The position numbers were made by a program, and so were the translations under genes. From the NCBI GenBank assembly GCA_964035545.1, contig OZ037768.1, forward strand, positions 19,637,700-19,701,699: DNA of 64,000 bases, given 5' to 3'. The number at the start of each line of letters is the position of its first letter. Position 1 is the stretch's first letter. Positions 39,411 through 53,553 of the stretch are shown piece after piece. A model generated the notes under the pieces. That model did no database searches. It saw nothing but the letters and a program-made list of their open reading frames with translations, and was not told where the DNA came from. This DNA is from Bugula neritina (lineage: Eukaryota; Animalia; Bryozoa).

Positions 39411-41908
39411 CTCCAACTCCAGAGCTGGGCCTTCCAAATATCTTTCTAGGGCTGTGTGAGATCTACTCTTCATCAAATAGCGTATAGGTGCTTTCATATG
39501 CTACAGGCATTGGGATATATAATTGATTAGACATGTGCTTTATATAGTCAGTGTGATAGAACAACTCCAAACTATACTGATGCGTTAAATCGCAATGACT
39601 GCATTAGCACTTTTGCGTCTTTTATCTTATCTAATAAATCTTTTGTGCGTAGAAGCACTTTTGTTTGGTCCTTTTCCCTGATGTAGTTTTTGGTGCATAC
39701 ATTTCTCTAATTTATCTTCAGCTATGAAGTTTTGCCTTACTTACACACATAATACAGTACATAAATATGAGACACTTACAGATGGAATTTTCTTTAAATT
39801 ACAGTCAGGATTTGTCTGCACCTCGTATAGAGCTATGTTGAGTATTCTGTTGCTGCTCTTTCCCCCAAATGCCTGCAAGTTCTGCTCATACAAGAACATA
39901 TCCTTTAATCTGACTCGCTTTCTACAAGGAAAGACACTTCATTTCTATCCCTGGTAATACAAAATGACATTGTACCCAACTGCAGTGTAGGAACTACTAA
40001 TAACTATATGTTATCATGGTTGTATATACAATGCATAGACTGACAACTCCATACCAAGAGAGAATAAACAGGTGACTTAAGGCCTAAGCACACTAGACTT
40101 GGATTTAACTGCAGTCAATTCTAGCCTAGCTTCACTCCTCAGAGCTGGTTAAAACAAGTACTAAGGCTAGTGTGGATACTCATATTTAATACTCACAGAA
40201 TGTCAAAGGGGATTTTTTTAGAAAGTAGCAAAATATGGCTGTTAGAAGTTAAATACTCAACTCAAAACATTGCAACTTTGATAGTGAAGCATCTAAATCT
40301 AGGTGAGTGTCAATCATATGATCATCGCTCATCAAATCCTTCTAAGATTTGCTTATAATGTACTTTGGCCAGGACACATACACGCATTAGGTAAGCTAAA
40401 CAGAGTGCAAGAAGTCCAGAGTGAAGAGAAAAGATGACTTTGCTAGAATAGTAAGATGAGCCCACCTGATATGAAGTCCATACAGAAACACGGCAAACTC
40501 AAACCTAGTAACCACTTCAGAAATATAAGATGGCTCCTCAATACGCGCAGGCCATGGCACACCTTCGTGGTTTACAAACACTACTTCCCCTACAAAGGTA
40601 AACAGAAGCAATAAAGTTTCAACACACTTATAATGCAGGGCAAGTACACCACATTTCCTGTTGCCTACTGTCTACTCAACATATGTCAAAAGCTCAGTGA
40701 AACAACCCTTGTTTTTCACAAAAACAAAAATGCCAATCCGCTGTAAAACTTGAAGTATAGTGAAATCTTCAGCTGTTCATTAAAGAGCAAAAACTCATCT
40801 ACAGCAGCTACTACCTTGTAATGTTCTCAATTATTTGACTCAATGCAGTGGAGTAGAACTTGCAGACGACTTCATGACTTTGCTAACCAATGAGGAACAA
40901 TTTAACAAAAAAACCCACTTACCCACTTCATAGTCTGCTGCTTGCTTTCCAGTAACCACTCCAGCTAAAGCATTGAGTCTCAGCTCTGTGGCATCTACAA
41001 AATTTGGCAATCGCCTAGATCTTAAATATTAAATTACAATCTTAGATGTTGCGTAGAAAATATATTTATAGATGTAAATATAAAAATTCTAGTAAAATTC
41101 AATCCGTTCAACTGTGGAATGAAATTTCGAGACTTATATTTGAAGAGCCATACTGAATACTTCAGAGTCTCTACGAGTGACTCCGCCTTTGCCAATTGAT
41201 TCTTTATCAGCAGCATTCTTAGTGGTTGCGTCCCTCTTGACAATAGATTCACTATGATGATCCACAGAGAGTTTTCTGGCTGACGACAATCTTTTGGAAG
41301 ATTTAGTGTGCTTCGTAACTGATGAAATAACTGAAGATTTATCACTGGAGGAAGTTTGCTATAAAATTAACAACATTTTTTTTAATTTAATAATTCTGGT
41401 TATAACTTTGTATGAAATAATATGATCACACATTTCAGCTAGTATTCAAAGTAAAATGAAATAAACAGGAGAAAATGCTTCAAAGCGAAGTAGACCATTT
41501 CAGCACAGAAGTGAGCCTGGTGAAAAGTTGGGTTAATGATTAGCACACTCAAAGCCCACAGTCAGAAGGAGTAAGCTATAACTGTAAGTCAGTTCTAAGC
41601 ACAATAATTCAAGATGTTGACCAAAGTTTAAGTCTGCAATAACTCAAAATAGCAAATTATTGAATGTATTTATAACTTGATCAATGAGATTAGTGGCCAT
41701 CATGATAAATGTAATCATAATGTGAGAGTCTTAAATTCAATCCCTATTGATCACGATGATCATAATAATAACGGTTGAAGATATAATATGAATATCAGTA
41801 TTACGTTTACAATAGTAGAACTAGACAACTATAAGCATAATGCTGGGAAAAAGTAAAACGTACACTTACAGTGACTGAATCACGATCAGATGTGATTTTG
41901 CTGGACAT
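39411..41908 (-). CDS. HDGF/LEDGF-type PWWP-domain exons, in phase with the downstream DPM2-like exons
   Basis: Minus exons 41908-41870 (ATG), 41358-41154, 40994-40923, 40589-40466, 39921-39780, 39706-39578, 39500-39411. YEVGEVVFVNHEGVPWPARIEEP..FAVFLYGLHIRKRVRLKDMFLYEQNLQAFGGKSSNRILNIALYEVQTNP resembles HDGF [49 protein letters not shown]. The last two exons are less certain. Confidence 0.75.
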
Positions 41909-42833
41909 ATTTGATATTTGTATTTCCCACCAGTATTGCTATGGAAGAAATTAGACACTGATGTCGACACCACTATCATATTAATATATACAGCTAGTAA
42001 TTGCCATTAGGTATAGACTTAGTAGTTTAAGTTTGTAATACTAATTTACTAATACAGTAATAGTAATAGTAATTTATTAATTATTAGCTTAAACTTAAAT
42101 TCACTGTTATACTAATACTTATACTTATAGTTATTGTTAATAAATAATAATTAAGCCACACAAAAATTTTGCTACTATTATTAAATATAAACTATTTACT
42201 CTTAGCAGCAAAAAAAAATTAGCTGCTTAAATTTTGACTGGTTCTTGCAAATTCGAAAAGTGTGACACAACAACAATTTAAAATTTATTCTGCCAGACTG
42301 CGATAATGATTAGACTTGCAAGTTGTATTGGGCTCTGGGGTTAATCAAATTAAAATTAGGATCAAAATAAAATAAATAGAGGTCGCTAGAAGCAGCACGA
42401 AATCGGGGTGACTGAGTACAGTAATTGTACGCAATGTTGCGCGAATTCCAAACTTGACAAAAAAACTGCTGCACTCAGTTACCCCTAACTCGGTGCTGTT
42501 TCAAGGGATTTCCAACAAAGATATTTCGTTTGAGTGAAAACTATAATTGATTATTTGCCAGCGCCTAGCTCTTTGATAGCGAATACTAACTTGCAGTAGA
42601 GTTATCCTTCCCAATGCAATCACTTTAAATATCTGTTCTACAGCTGTGGTTTTAATTTTAAAAACAGGTTTTTAAATAAATGATAAAAACTAGCAGCATT
42701 ATGACAAAGTTTGTAATGGATGAATCCTACTAATGGTTTAAATAGCCAATCAACTTAGAAAATATCATACAGTACAATGCACCTGAGAACACAACTCGTA
42801 ATTTAATCATTATGATAGCATGTGCGTGACAGT

Positions 42834-42846
42834 GTTGCTAAGCAAC
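42834..42846. promoter_or_regulatory. RFX X-box
   Basis: Palindromic GTTGCT-A-AGCAAC, 155 bp upstream of the TTC25 ATG; X-boxes typify ciliary-gene promoters. Confidence 0.75.
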
Positions 42847-43001
42847 ATTCCATGCGATTAGTTAGTTTGTGAGTAGGTAAAGCGATTTGATTCAATCATT
42901 TAGTTACTGTATAAAAGGGTTCTGGCATTGAAAATTGTTGCAGTTGTAAACTTGAGTGATATTATTTTCAACAACGAACGTTGACAAGAAGTATTTTTAA
43001 A

Positions 43002-46000
43002 ATGGCTGATAATGTTAGTGCCGCAGGGCCAAAAAGTACTTTCGAAGCTTATAGAGCTGAAGGTGATATGCTGTTTAAGCAGCAAGAGTTTAGCAAAGCT
43101 TTAGAGAGTTATAATGAGGTAAGTAAAAGGCTACATATAATACAAAAATGAAATTAACTTATTTAAAATCATCATTTACTTTTAACAAGACTAGTTTGTC
43201 ATCTTAGTCATCATTCAATCACACCATAATATTTTAGTTTAGCTTTCTGCAGCAGTTTTCAATGCCTTAAACACACACTCACAGTGCTCTACAGTACAGA
43301 AATCAACTAAACTCAATACAATATTAATTTTTGTTTAAATAGCCAAAGAAAAATCGACTGCATATTTTTGACGGTGAATGCTAAATAACACAGACTCTTT
43401 AAAAAGCCTTTTCAGTGATTTAGTTATTAAAACTTGGTGGGCAGTTCTGAATTTTCTCATCATAAAGTTTGTTCTTAACAATCTATGTAATAGATAGAAG
43501 TCAATTATAAAAATTAAACAACTTCCTAAAAACAAGCTTTGCTTAAAACCATGTTTTTGTTTACTACAATTTTGCAAACAACACCAAAACATTGTTTTGG
43601 CTTGTAACTTATAAAAAATCATAAGGCTGAATTTCTGACTTGAGAAAGGAAATAGATTAACATTATATACATCAGTTGGAATATTTTTATTCTTACCTAT
43701 GTTTATCATTAAGTTTAGTTCATCATACTTCGATAGTATAATATAATGCCCATATTTCTTTGATCAGGCTATGGAATTGCGAAATGATGACAAGAACTGT
43801 TTGGTTGCAAGATCAAGATGTTACCTGCAGATGGGTGACACAGAAAACGCTCTTAGAGACGCTGAAGCTAGCATGGCAGATGAACCCAACTTTTTTAAAG
43901 TGAGTAAAATGTGTACAATGACATATGTTAATAAATGTGTTGCAGGCCATGTTATGGCCAGGCTCTGCTATGACTAAGCTATGCATTGTAACAAGTGAAA
44001 TACTAGATAATATACTGTAACTGATTGAAGCCCTTTCCTTAATTAATGTATTATCAAAGCTCAATTATTATAATTTTTCATGGATGGCAAATTATTGCCT
44101 ACTGCAATATCAATACGGATATATTGTTTTATTACAATTAATAGTTTTCCTCAAACCTATCTTTTATAGTATATTATTATAATATTGATACAGGATGTTG
44201 ATCGCCGTTGCATTTTCTCTTTCTGTAGGGGTTGTTGTGCAAGGCTGATGCTTTGTACTTCAAAGGAGAATTTGAAATGGCACTTGTCTTTTACCACAGA
44301 GGTAACAAGTTGAGACCAGAGCAACACGAGTTTCGTCTCGGGATACAAAAGTGTCAAGAGGCAATCAATAACAGCGTTGGTTGTAAGTTGTCCTACCTTC
44401 AACATTGTAGCATGTAGTCTGCAGTGCTATCTTGATAATGCAACGATTTTTAATTCATTTGCAGTATTATTGCATTGCAATGTAAACTACAATTAAATAG
44501 GTTGTGGTTTTCTATTTTTAAGATTTTGAAGATATTTTACCCACAAACTTTAAACCAGCTATTATCTGGGTAACAACTTTTTTATGTTGAATACAATAAA
44601 CTTTATAAAACTAGTTTTTAATGAGATCGGTTTGTGCTAGCTGTACCGTAAATATGTGTAATGCACTTTAGCACCTGATAAAGTAAAGTTGAGAAAAGAC
44701 GGAGATCTGTCTTACTTCTACAAACCACAGCAGGAAGAAGTAAGTACAGTTTATTCTGAATGCTATGCACTTTGTCAACAACTGTGTTACTAATAATGTG
44801 AAATTTTGCATTTTATTACTACGCATGAACTAAAAAATATGGCAATCATATCTCTTCAATTTTAAGTATAGGGTTTTTGAAACTACATTTTTCGACAGAG
44901 TCCAAGTTTTTGCAGTGGCTAACAGGCTCGATATTTTAGTAATGTTACTGGAAATTTATATTTTCAAAATGGTGAGCAGTGAAGCAACCACATGATTGAA
45001 AAAAAATTAAAAATGGACATCCTTTGCTTTACTTAGTTAAACAGAGTATGAGTAGTAGAAATATGAGTGGGGTAGTGTTGACCCTAATTGGTTATGAAGT
45101 TGCATCATAAATTACACTCTTTTGGGCTATTCATAAATTATATTATTTAGTCTACCCTTATAAAGAATGTTAGAAATTTATCCACCACTACACTTCAAAA
45201 CTGTTGTATACATCAGCAAAATCAACCAGGTTCAAATGAAACTTTTGGTATACTTATATTGCAATGTTTATAGCTTAGTTTATTGGTTGATGTATTCTAC
45301 TTTATATATTCAATAGTCTAGTATAAAAGAACTTGAGCTGCACATTTGCTGCAATTTTTTGGTTAACATCTATTGCAATCTGGAAAAATTGCAATTATGG
45401 GTTAGAACATTTCAGTCTACAATATATCAACATAGATGCTAAAAGAGAAAAGATATAATTACTCCATGCAATCCATGTTATTGTTTTAGGCTGAGAGAAA
45501 AAAGAAACAGCAACAGATGAGACCGGGACGCAGAATCACGACAGCACAAAAGAAGCCAACTCGACCTGTGAGTGGAAACAAGGATAAAACTATTAAGCAG
45601 CTGCTGGGGTCACTTTATGCTGACAGAGAATATCTAGAGAAGCTTTTAAAAGAAGAAGGTATGCGTGAATATTTTCTTAACATTGTAACTGATAGCTGTT
45701 GGTATAAATTGCATTAGATTCAACTAATTTGACTGTTGCCTATGTTCGGAGTATTTATGGAACTGTCTCGTAAATATTTTATTTACTGAATTACCAACAC
45801 TGTAGGAACAAGGCTAGATAAACTAGCCACATGCAGCAAGTGTAAGTATAAACTCTACATGTGCACATGCTCAGCTGCCGGTCTCGATAGTGATTTGTTT
45901 GGCAAATACGACGAAGAAGAAAACGATCTGAAGGTTTATTCTGAAAAATTTAAAAATAAGAGAATAATTCTTACGCCGGCTAAGAAGAAGAAAGCCGACT

Positions 46001-49000
46001 CTCTGGATGGCGATGAAGATGAGGGAGAGACACCTAAACGAAACGGGAGAAAACCTATAGGCAGGCATTTTGTGGCTCTGCTTCAGTTTTTAGCCACAAA
46101 GTTTTATTTTTAGCTGCCCACATCTTTCTATAGAGTGCTACACCAACAAGTAAACTCACTTTGGAGTTAGCTTCCTCACCTATTAGTTATAGAGCAATAG
46201 ACATTCAACATATGTCTTACATAGTTTTGCATCACAATTCATTTTTATTTATATCTGCCTAAGCATTAGTATCTTGCTTTCAATGATTCATATAAATATT
46301 TATGGAATAATATTGAAAGTTCTAGTATATACACTGACTGCTATGTGAAAACTACTGGACAGCCAATTATGTTTTAACTCATCATTACTTGGGTTAAATG
46401 TGGTGTTGTCATTATTCTGCAGATGCCAAGGAAAAGAAAACCAAAACAAGTCAAGCTATTCATAACTTGGCTCTGCATGGCTTGCTGTATCTTGACACGA
46501 GAACAGACTTTTGGAGGCAGCAAAAACCAATGTATGCACGCAAAAGAGACAGGGAGCTGCAGCAGGCAAAAATAAGTAAAAAGGGAAACACGGACCCGGC
46601 AAAAGTGACTCTCATGAAGCTAAAGGAAATAGATGATTGTGAGTTATAGCAGACAGTAAAATAGGGTTAACTTTTAGAGCCGTTCTAAAGGAATAAACTG
46701 GTTTCTATTTATAAACTAAGCCCATTTGTAGCAACTAAGCACATTACACAAGTTTGGAATACTGTTAAGGTAATGCTTTTACTGCTGTCTACAGACCTGC
46801 TGAACGCACACTCAGAGAAAGTATAATACTCTAATCAAATTAAACATCTATTTTCCTTTTTGCTGCTTTAGAGGTTGACGGCCGATTTTCTACAGTTAAA
46901 AATTAAAACTCCGATCATATATTTCCAACCAACTTCTATTGATTTCAACACCTACACTATAAATTTTATAAGTCAATTAGTAGGCTCATTATTTTTGTTA
47001 CATAACCAGACCTTGTATTGGATTACAGGTCTAGCCAACTTACAAGTTGTCAAACTTCCAGGTTTGATTCGTCTTAAAATGGTTAATTATAGCAATTAAG
47101 CAAACACACAGTTTACCTTAAATATAATTATGTATTTAAAAAGATGGCTGGCTTTTTATAATCTTGTTCTCAAGTTTGGTTGTTACCTGATTTTCTGTAG
47201 TTTATGCTGTTTTGCTATTGTAAAGTCTATGATTAACACTTGACATATTAATATATTTAGATCACACACGAGGAAAGTACAAGGATGTGATCAGAGAATC
47301 CATGAAAACAATTAATTTAGTGAAAACATGGACAGATGAAGAACTCGGGAACAAACAGGAAGTCACCGCTAACTTACACAGCTCTGCAGGAAATGCCTAC
47401 CTTGAGCTCGGGGACTTTGAGAATGCTCTTCACCACCATCAACAAGATCTCAACCTATCTCAAACATTGTAAGTCTACTGATAATATGGTATAGTCCAAT
47501 ATATACATTGATTGCCTGTATTTAGTAATTTTAAGAATTAACACTTTCATGGGTAAATGCTATAGTATACACAATTGGGCTAAGTTTTGCTTATTGGTAA
47601 AATTAGTGTTTGTTTTGATCTAAAATTATATGGCTTTTGAGTTGTTTACATTCACCAAAAATATGACATTTTAGAAGGGTATAAACCCAGTTAAAAGTAC
47701 TCACAACTTATGGGGGGGGGAGGTCACGACTTATGGGGTCACTCACAGCTCTTCTCAATCACCAATAAGTTTTTTCTTATATGTTTATCTGTCAGAGTGG
47801 CATTGAAACAAATAATATTTTATATTATCAAGTATATATTTTATATTATCTTATATTTTATATTATTGCTTAAACATTTGTTTTGAGGTTGCTATAATTT
47901 TTATATAGTATTCATGTTTTGATGCAAGAGTTAACTAACCTAAATAATACACTTCTTGATTTTTAAACCGCTAAAATTACCGTAACAGATCTTTTTAATT
48001 TAGTAGATCTCAGTACCAATCATGTCATTTCCTTAGTACAGCCTATTCAATTGTAACAGCTAACTTGTTAATGGGACATGTTTGTAAATATTCTTTCTAC
48101 AAGAAAAGCCAATAATTTCAAGTAGTTTGTGATGCTAACCACTTATTTTATTAGACAGATTTTCCTCACTATTTCATTTATTTGATATAATTACTCTTGA
48201 AACTGTGTAATTTTAGTTTAATGCTTTATTAAAAACAAATTAAACTATGGTGTGCTTCTGTTGATCTCTTCACAGAGATAACAAGGATTTGGAGTCCAGA
48301 GCCATGGATAATATTGGTCGAACATACGCAAGAGTTGGAAAGTTTGATGACGCTATAAATATGTGAGTGTTTAAGCTTTACTAGCTGTCGTAGCAAATTT
48401 TTTGTTGGGTGCCAAGAGTTTTAATATGCCATTTAGATCACTAATAATAGAACATGCAAACTTGTGTGTTCACCTGATGAGTGGTTAAACTATTACTAGA
48501 TCAATACTGCATTAACGTTTTACAAAATCCTATTACAGAATGTTTTTTTTAATATGATTGTGTGATAAAGTGTATGTTTCTCGCTAAACCCTATAACATG
48601 GTGGTGTTTGTGTGTCGAGTTGCATATTCCTAACAAACCTGCACATTCTCTAGCTGGGAACAAAAGATGCAAAACAAGCCAGACCTGCAAGATACCGAAG
48701 CAGCATGGCTCTGCCATGAACTCGGTAGATGCTACTTTGCAAATGGGCAGATTGATAAATCTCTAGATTATGGTGAAAAATCCTATGAACACGCACAAAC
48801 CGCTGACGATGAAGTGTGGCAACTGCATTCTAGTGTGCTAATAGCTCAGTCACAAGGTGTGTGTGAATGAGTGAGCTTTGGTCATTCTATGTGCTAACCA
48901 CGCTTTTCTAACTCTGGTCTATTGCCTATCAGCTTTAACCACTACGCACTGCAAATAGTAACGACTCAGTTTGTAAAGATTTGAATCTGAAAAAAATAAT

Positions 49001-52000
49001 GAAAAATCAGTCTGTAGGCTCTAGTATGTATATTGAGACAGCTGCATAGCATTCCTTTCAGCTGCTGTGACATCAAATACAAAGCATTTACTTTTTATGT
49101 AATGATCTCTAAATGTTCCTTCCTTTGTTAAACACACGACTTGCCTCATGTTCTAACAACTCCTATCCATGGATAGACTGTGTACCATAAACTCGGATTT
49201 AAAAAGTATGTTATAACGATTTCAGCAAAACAAGGTAAGCTAGATAGTGCAATAAGCAGCTTTGAGAGAGCTCTGACCTATGCAAATCTGCAAGAGGACA
49301 AAGAAGCAGAAAGTGCCATTCTGACAGCCATAGATGACTTAAAAGATAGAATAGATAAAGGGGAAAATGGCACAGGTGAGCGGAAGGAGTACTAATTTGA
49401 AAAAATGGCTATATTCACTGTTATAAATTGCAAACAGTAGCAAATACATCACTGCAGAAGCTGTAATAGTATAATAAGATAGAAGCTAAAAGTGTTATTT
49501 AAGATAAAATGCTATGTGGTTTCTTTCCTTGTCTAATATTGCCGTAATCAAACATTTGTAAAAACACTTAGGACACGACAACTTTTAATAGACTATACTG
49601 TTTTAGCGGAAGGGGAAAATGGAGAAGATGAAAATACCTATGAGGAAGAGTTTCAAGATGCTGACGACGAAGGGGAACTGTCACCAGTAGGTGAAGAAGG
49701 TGAAGAAGATGCAGGTATGCTAAGGTTCTTGTGGTGAACTTTCGATTTAAAATGATGTTTATAGTATAAATAGTATAGAATTGCATTAAGCTATTATATT
49801 CTATTATTATTTTTTTTACAATGCAGTTACAATCACCATAGATATAGATTTGCATGGCTGGGTAAGTTGTCTCTTTAAGGATGTAAATGACAAGGGTTCA
49901 GGTGACAGGCTAATAAAGTCAGGTGTCCACATGTTGCCTATGTGTCAGATGTCTACAGGTTACCTATGTGTCAAGTGTTACAAGTTACCTAGGTGTCAAG
50001 TGTCACAGGTCACCTAGGTGTCAGGTGTTTACAGCTTACCTAGGTGTCAGGTGTTTACAGCTTACTTAGGTGTCAGACTACCATGAAACAACTTTACCTA
50101 TTTCTAATAGAAGTTACTTAACGTATTAGGCTATTCATTAAGGAACAGTAAAGGCTATACTTAGTGATAATACAACCATTAACATATAGTGTTAAAACTT
50201 AGCTTACTATTTCGTATGCTTAATTTAGAAGTGGTTGATGAATTAACTGACTAACTCCAGACTTGGTGAGCAGCTACTATAAGTTGAGCTTGAATTGCCT
50301 GCACTGCAAGTTTATTTACCAGCTCCTAGCCTGTAACGCAAATAGTTTCATTTCACTATCTGATAATTTCTCACACTGTTTTGTTCAAAAGTTTTACCCT
50401 CTAATACACAACGTGTTTAAATTTAGAGCCCAGAATATATATCAACACTCAGCTGGTTTCATACAACAAAATGTTAGGTCTAAGCTCTTGTATCAGAACT
50501 TAGAGTAATTTAAATTGTCTTTCAAATACAAATATGTATTTACTTGTATAAATGTATAAATGCTTAAAACAGTTTGATTTTCTGAAAAAGCAAAATAGTA
50601 TTTCTTTGCAACATCATACTGATCAGGTAAAACAATACATAGATATTATGTTTTAGTGTAGGTATACCTAAATATTGAAAAACTTAGTATTACTGACAAG
50701 ACATCACCTAATTGTAAAGGAGTGTAAGATACCAAGTCAAAACTTTTTTGAATTAAAGTATATAGTCTTGTATTAAAAATTGTTTTGTTTATAAAATTTG
50801 TATGTTCATAGTTTGAATAGAAATCTTTGACATACCTCTTTCATTGATGGGCTTTATGCATGCCTTTGCCTAGCTTAAATTACTAGTTTTCCACCTCAAT
50901 TTTTACTAGGCCAAAATTATAGTCAGTTTTATGAGGTCACCTGCAACTCTGGAGTATACATTTTCTGCAAGGATGTCATAGCAATATTTGCATTTATACA
51001 GATAGATTATGAAGCCCATCAATTGTAACTTTAGGCAACCAATTTTAATTTTTCTATAATTTTATACACTGTAGATAATCCATCAAAACACCTTTCCAGT
51101 CCAACCCTCAGGCCTCAATTAAATACAAATGCTCCTTTGACAACTATCCGAGAAAACTTCTTATATGCCAAAAAACTAACAAGTAAAAGATTTTCTGTAT
51201 GCAGTTTGTCTAGTGAAGATCTTGTATGCAATGATATAAACGACTCCCCAGTTGTTTCTGCATGCAACACGCCACGTAAAAACAAGTCAAAAAATGTAAT
51301 AAAAACTTCAGCAAACAGAGTAAGACTAGTAAAGCAGGACTCTTCTACAAAGGGTAAACGAGTCCAGCTAGTTTTGCCACCATTAAGTTTTTCCCGGAAA
51401 GAAGAGAACAATGCTAACAAACAGTATAAAAGCTGTATCCCAGTGAGAAATTGGCAGCCGATCAAGTCTAATACTCCTATAGATAAGAGATTTTATTCCC
51501 AAGCTAAGAAAGAGAATTTCCAAGCAGCATCTAGGCATCTCAATGACCAGAAACAATATTCAGCACACAGCAATTCTTGCAAATTACCAAAACTTATCAT
51601 GGGGGCCAATTCAGCTCAGAAAATTCCCATGAAAAAGCAGCCAACTCCAAAAAGCTTCACATCGATATACCACACTTCTATCACCAAGGCTAAGTTTGAA
51701 CATATAAAATCTAGATACATGGATATAAAAAGACCATTGAGGAAATCTAATGAGCAAGTAAACCCTAGTAAGGAAAAAAGTGCCACTTTGAAAAGCCAAA
51801 AGCCAAGGAATAAGATAACTCCCCAGTCTATGGCTGTGCATCACAAAGGTAAACAGCCAATAAAACAAAGCAGTTTCCCGAAACCTATTCGTGTGCCAAG
51901 TGCTCATGATGATGAATCTGCAAGCAGTACGAGCACTTTGTCTTCGAAGGTAGATGAAAGAGATTGTCGATTGTCAATTGAGGTTAAGACACCCGACGAG

Positions 52001-53553
52001 AATTTTCCAGACACAGAATCTCCTATTGTAAGCAGCACTCCAGTAGTCCAGACTGCTGAAAAATCAATAGGTAGTGGTGAACAGCAAGAATCTAATGCTA
52101 ATGACATGAAGACTGACTCAAAAGAGGACTTGTTGATCACAGAGCAAGATAAACTAACTCCAGCTGAAAACAACCAAAACTTTTGTGTTGATGGCACCGT
52201 GGTTACAAGTTCTGCAGACATTTGCAGCAATGTTTCAGTGGTTGAACCATCAGCTGGAGTAGGAGAATCGATGGACAATGTAAGGTTGCATACTGATACT
52301 TATAGCAAAATAGAACAGTTAGAAATTGCCAATGATCCATCCTCAGATATTTTGACACCAAAAGAAAAAAAGGATTGTAATAAAGATTCTAGACAGGAAT
52401 TAAAATCCAACAACCCAGAAGATTCTGTTACGTTTGCGGAGTTTCTAACCCAATATGGCGATATGACAAGTGCACAAGAAAACAATTCTGAAAATTTGTT
52501 ATCTAATCGTAAAATTAAAGAGAAATCAGATTCTGTTAATTCAGAAACAGAATTTACAGATGTAAAAACGGACATAGAATTGGCAGAAAACCTCTGCAAC
52601 AAGCTGAATGTTGCTGAGAATGCAAGTGGCAAAGAAAAATATGTCAGGCTACCCACTCCAGTAACATCTGTGTCAGAAAAGGAGATACATTCCACAAAGA
52701 CAAAGGTCAACAGCAAAGAATTCCCTACAACTCACCAAGTTTTACCCTCAAATGCTAAACAGAATCTAAATTCCAAAGTTGGCAGGCAGATAGGCCCTGC
52801 TGATCAATGTGTCTCTGAGGGTACAGATGAGTTGGTAAACGACATGCCAAGTTCTTGCTTAGAAACTGGTGCAGAGAATAATTCTGATATTTCCAAGACA
52901 GAAACCCACACTAAGACATCAGATGTAGTGATTGATGGGGCGCACATTGACAATTGAAGGTTTCTTGCATGTCTGTTAAAAGTTGTGTTGAAGTTACTCC
53001 CCCTTGTATACCATTAAGTTCGTTGGAATGGAATACTTATTACCATAGAGAATTATGATTTAAACTGAACAATGATTGCCAGGACAGAAAATTAACAACA
53101 TAAAACAAAGTAGAATATTGTTTATAAGTTTACTAGGTTTCATTAGTCAGCACTAATGTTATAGTCATCAGTTACTGAGCACTATATTTTGATTTCATTA
53201 CCTATGTAAAATTGTCAATGTAAGTCTGAAGTTTGTATACATTGTATTGTAAATTTGATTATCAAGCATGATTATTATGTTTCTGTTTAGTAGAAAATTT
53301 AGTCTGTAACGTTGCTAGAAGCCATAATTCTGGCGTCACCTAAAGTTTGTAGCCTTATATATGTGTGTATGTATAGGATATTATATGTATATATTACGTC
53401 TATATTTCTTATTTGCATCTGTACATGTGCACACACACATCCATTAAATAAAGATGGTTGACCCACCAAATCTACACTAGCAAATTATACTTATTTTTTG
53501 TTACAGGTAAAAGAATAAAAAAAGATAAACGGCATAGAAAAGAAGACAAGTAA
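43002..53553 (+). CDS. TTC25: Outer dynein arm docking complex subunit 4 (tetratricopeptide repeat protein 25)
   Basis: Exons 43002-43118, 43768-43899, 44229-44382, 44672-44739, 45490-45658, optional 45875-46060, 46423-46638, 47261-47468, 48276-48362, 48654-48856, 49226-49375, 49607-49714, then 53507-53553 or 51075-52957. Motifs CLVARSRCYLQMG, GEFEMALVFYHRGNKLRPE..FRLGIQKCQEAINNSVG, LLGSLYADREYLEKLL, YLDTRTDFWRQQKPMYAR, WLCHELGRCY. Confidence 0.92.
49900..50077. repeat. About 25-26-bp degenerate tandem repeat
   Basis: TCAGGTGTTTACAGCTTACCTAGGTG-like units in a TTC25 intron. Confidence 0.8.
51075..52957 (+). CDS. Long low-complexity coding exon, probable alternative terminal exon of TTC25
   Basis: 1.88-kb stop-free frame in AT-rich DNA; acceptor CACTGTAG at 51074, phase 1, in frame with TTC25 exon 49607-49714; basic N-half, acidic/Ser-rich C-half. 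Confidence 0.65.

Noticed and set aside
51115-52716. Antisense ORFs opposite the long TTC25 exon (and those opposite zfh2 exons)
   Set aside because: Shadow frames of real coding sequence with no independent motifs or splice structure.
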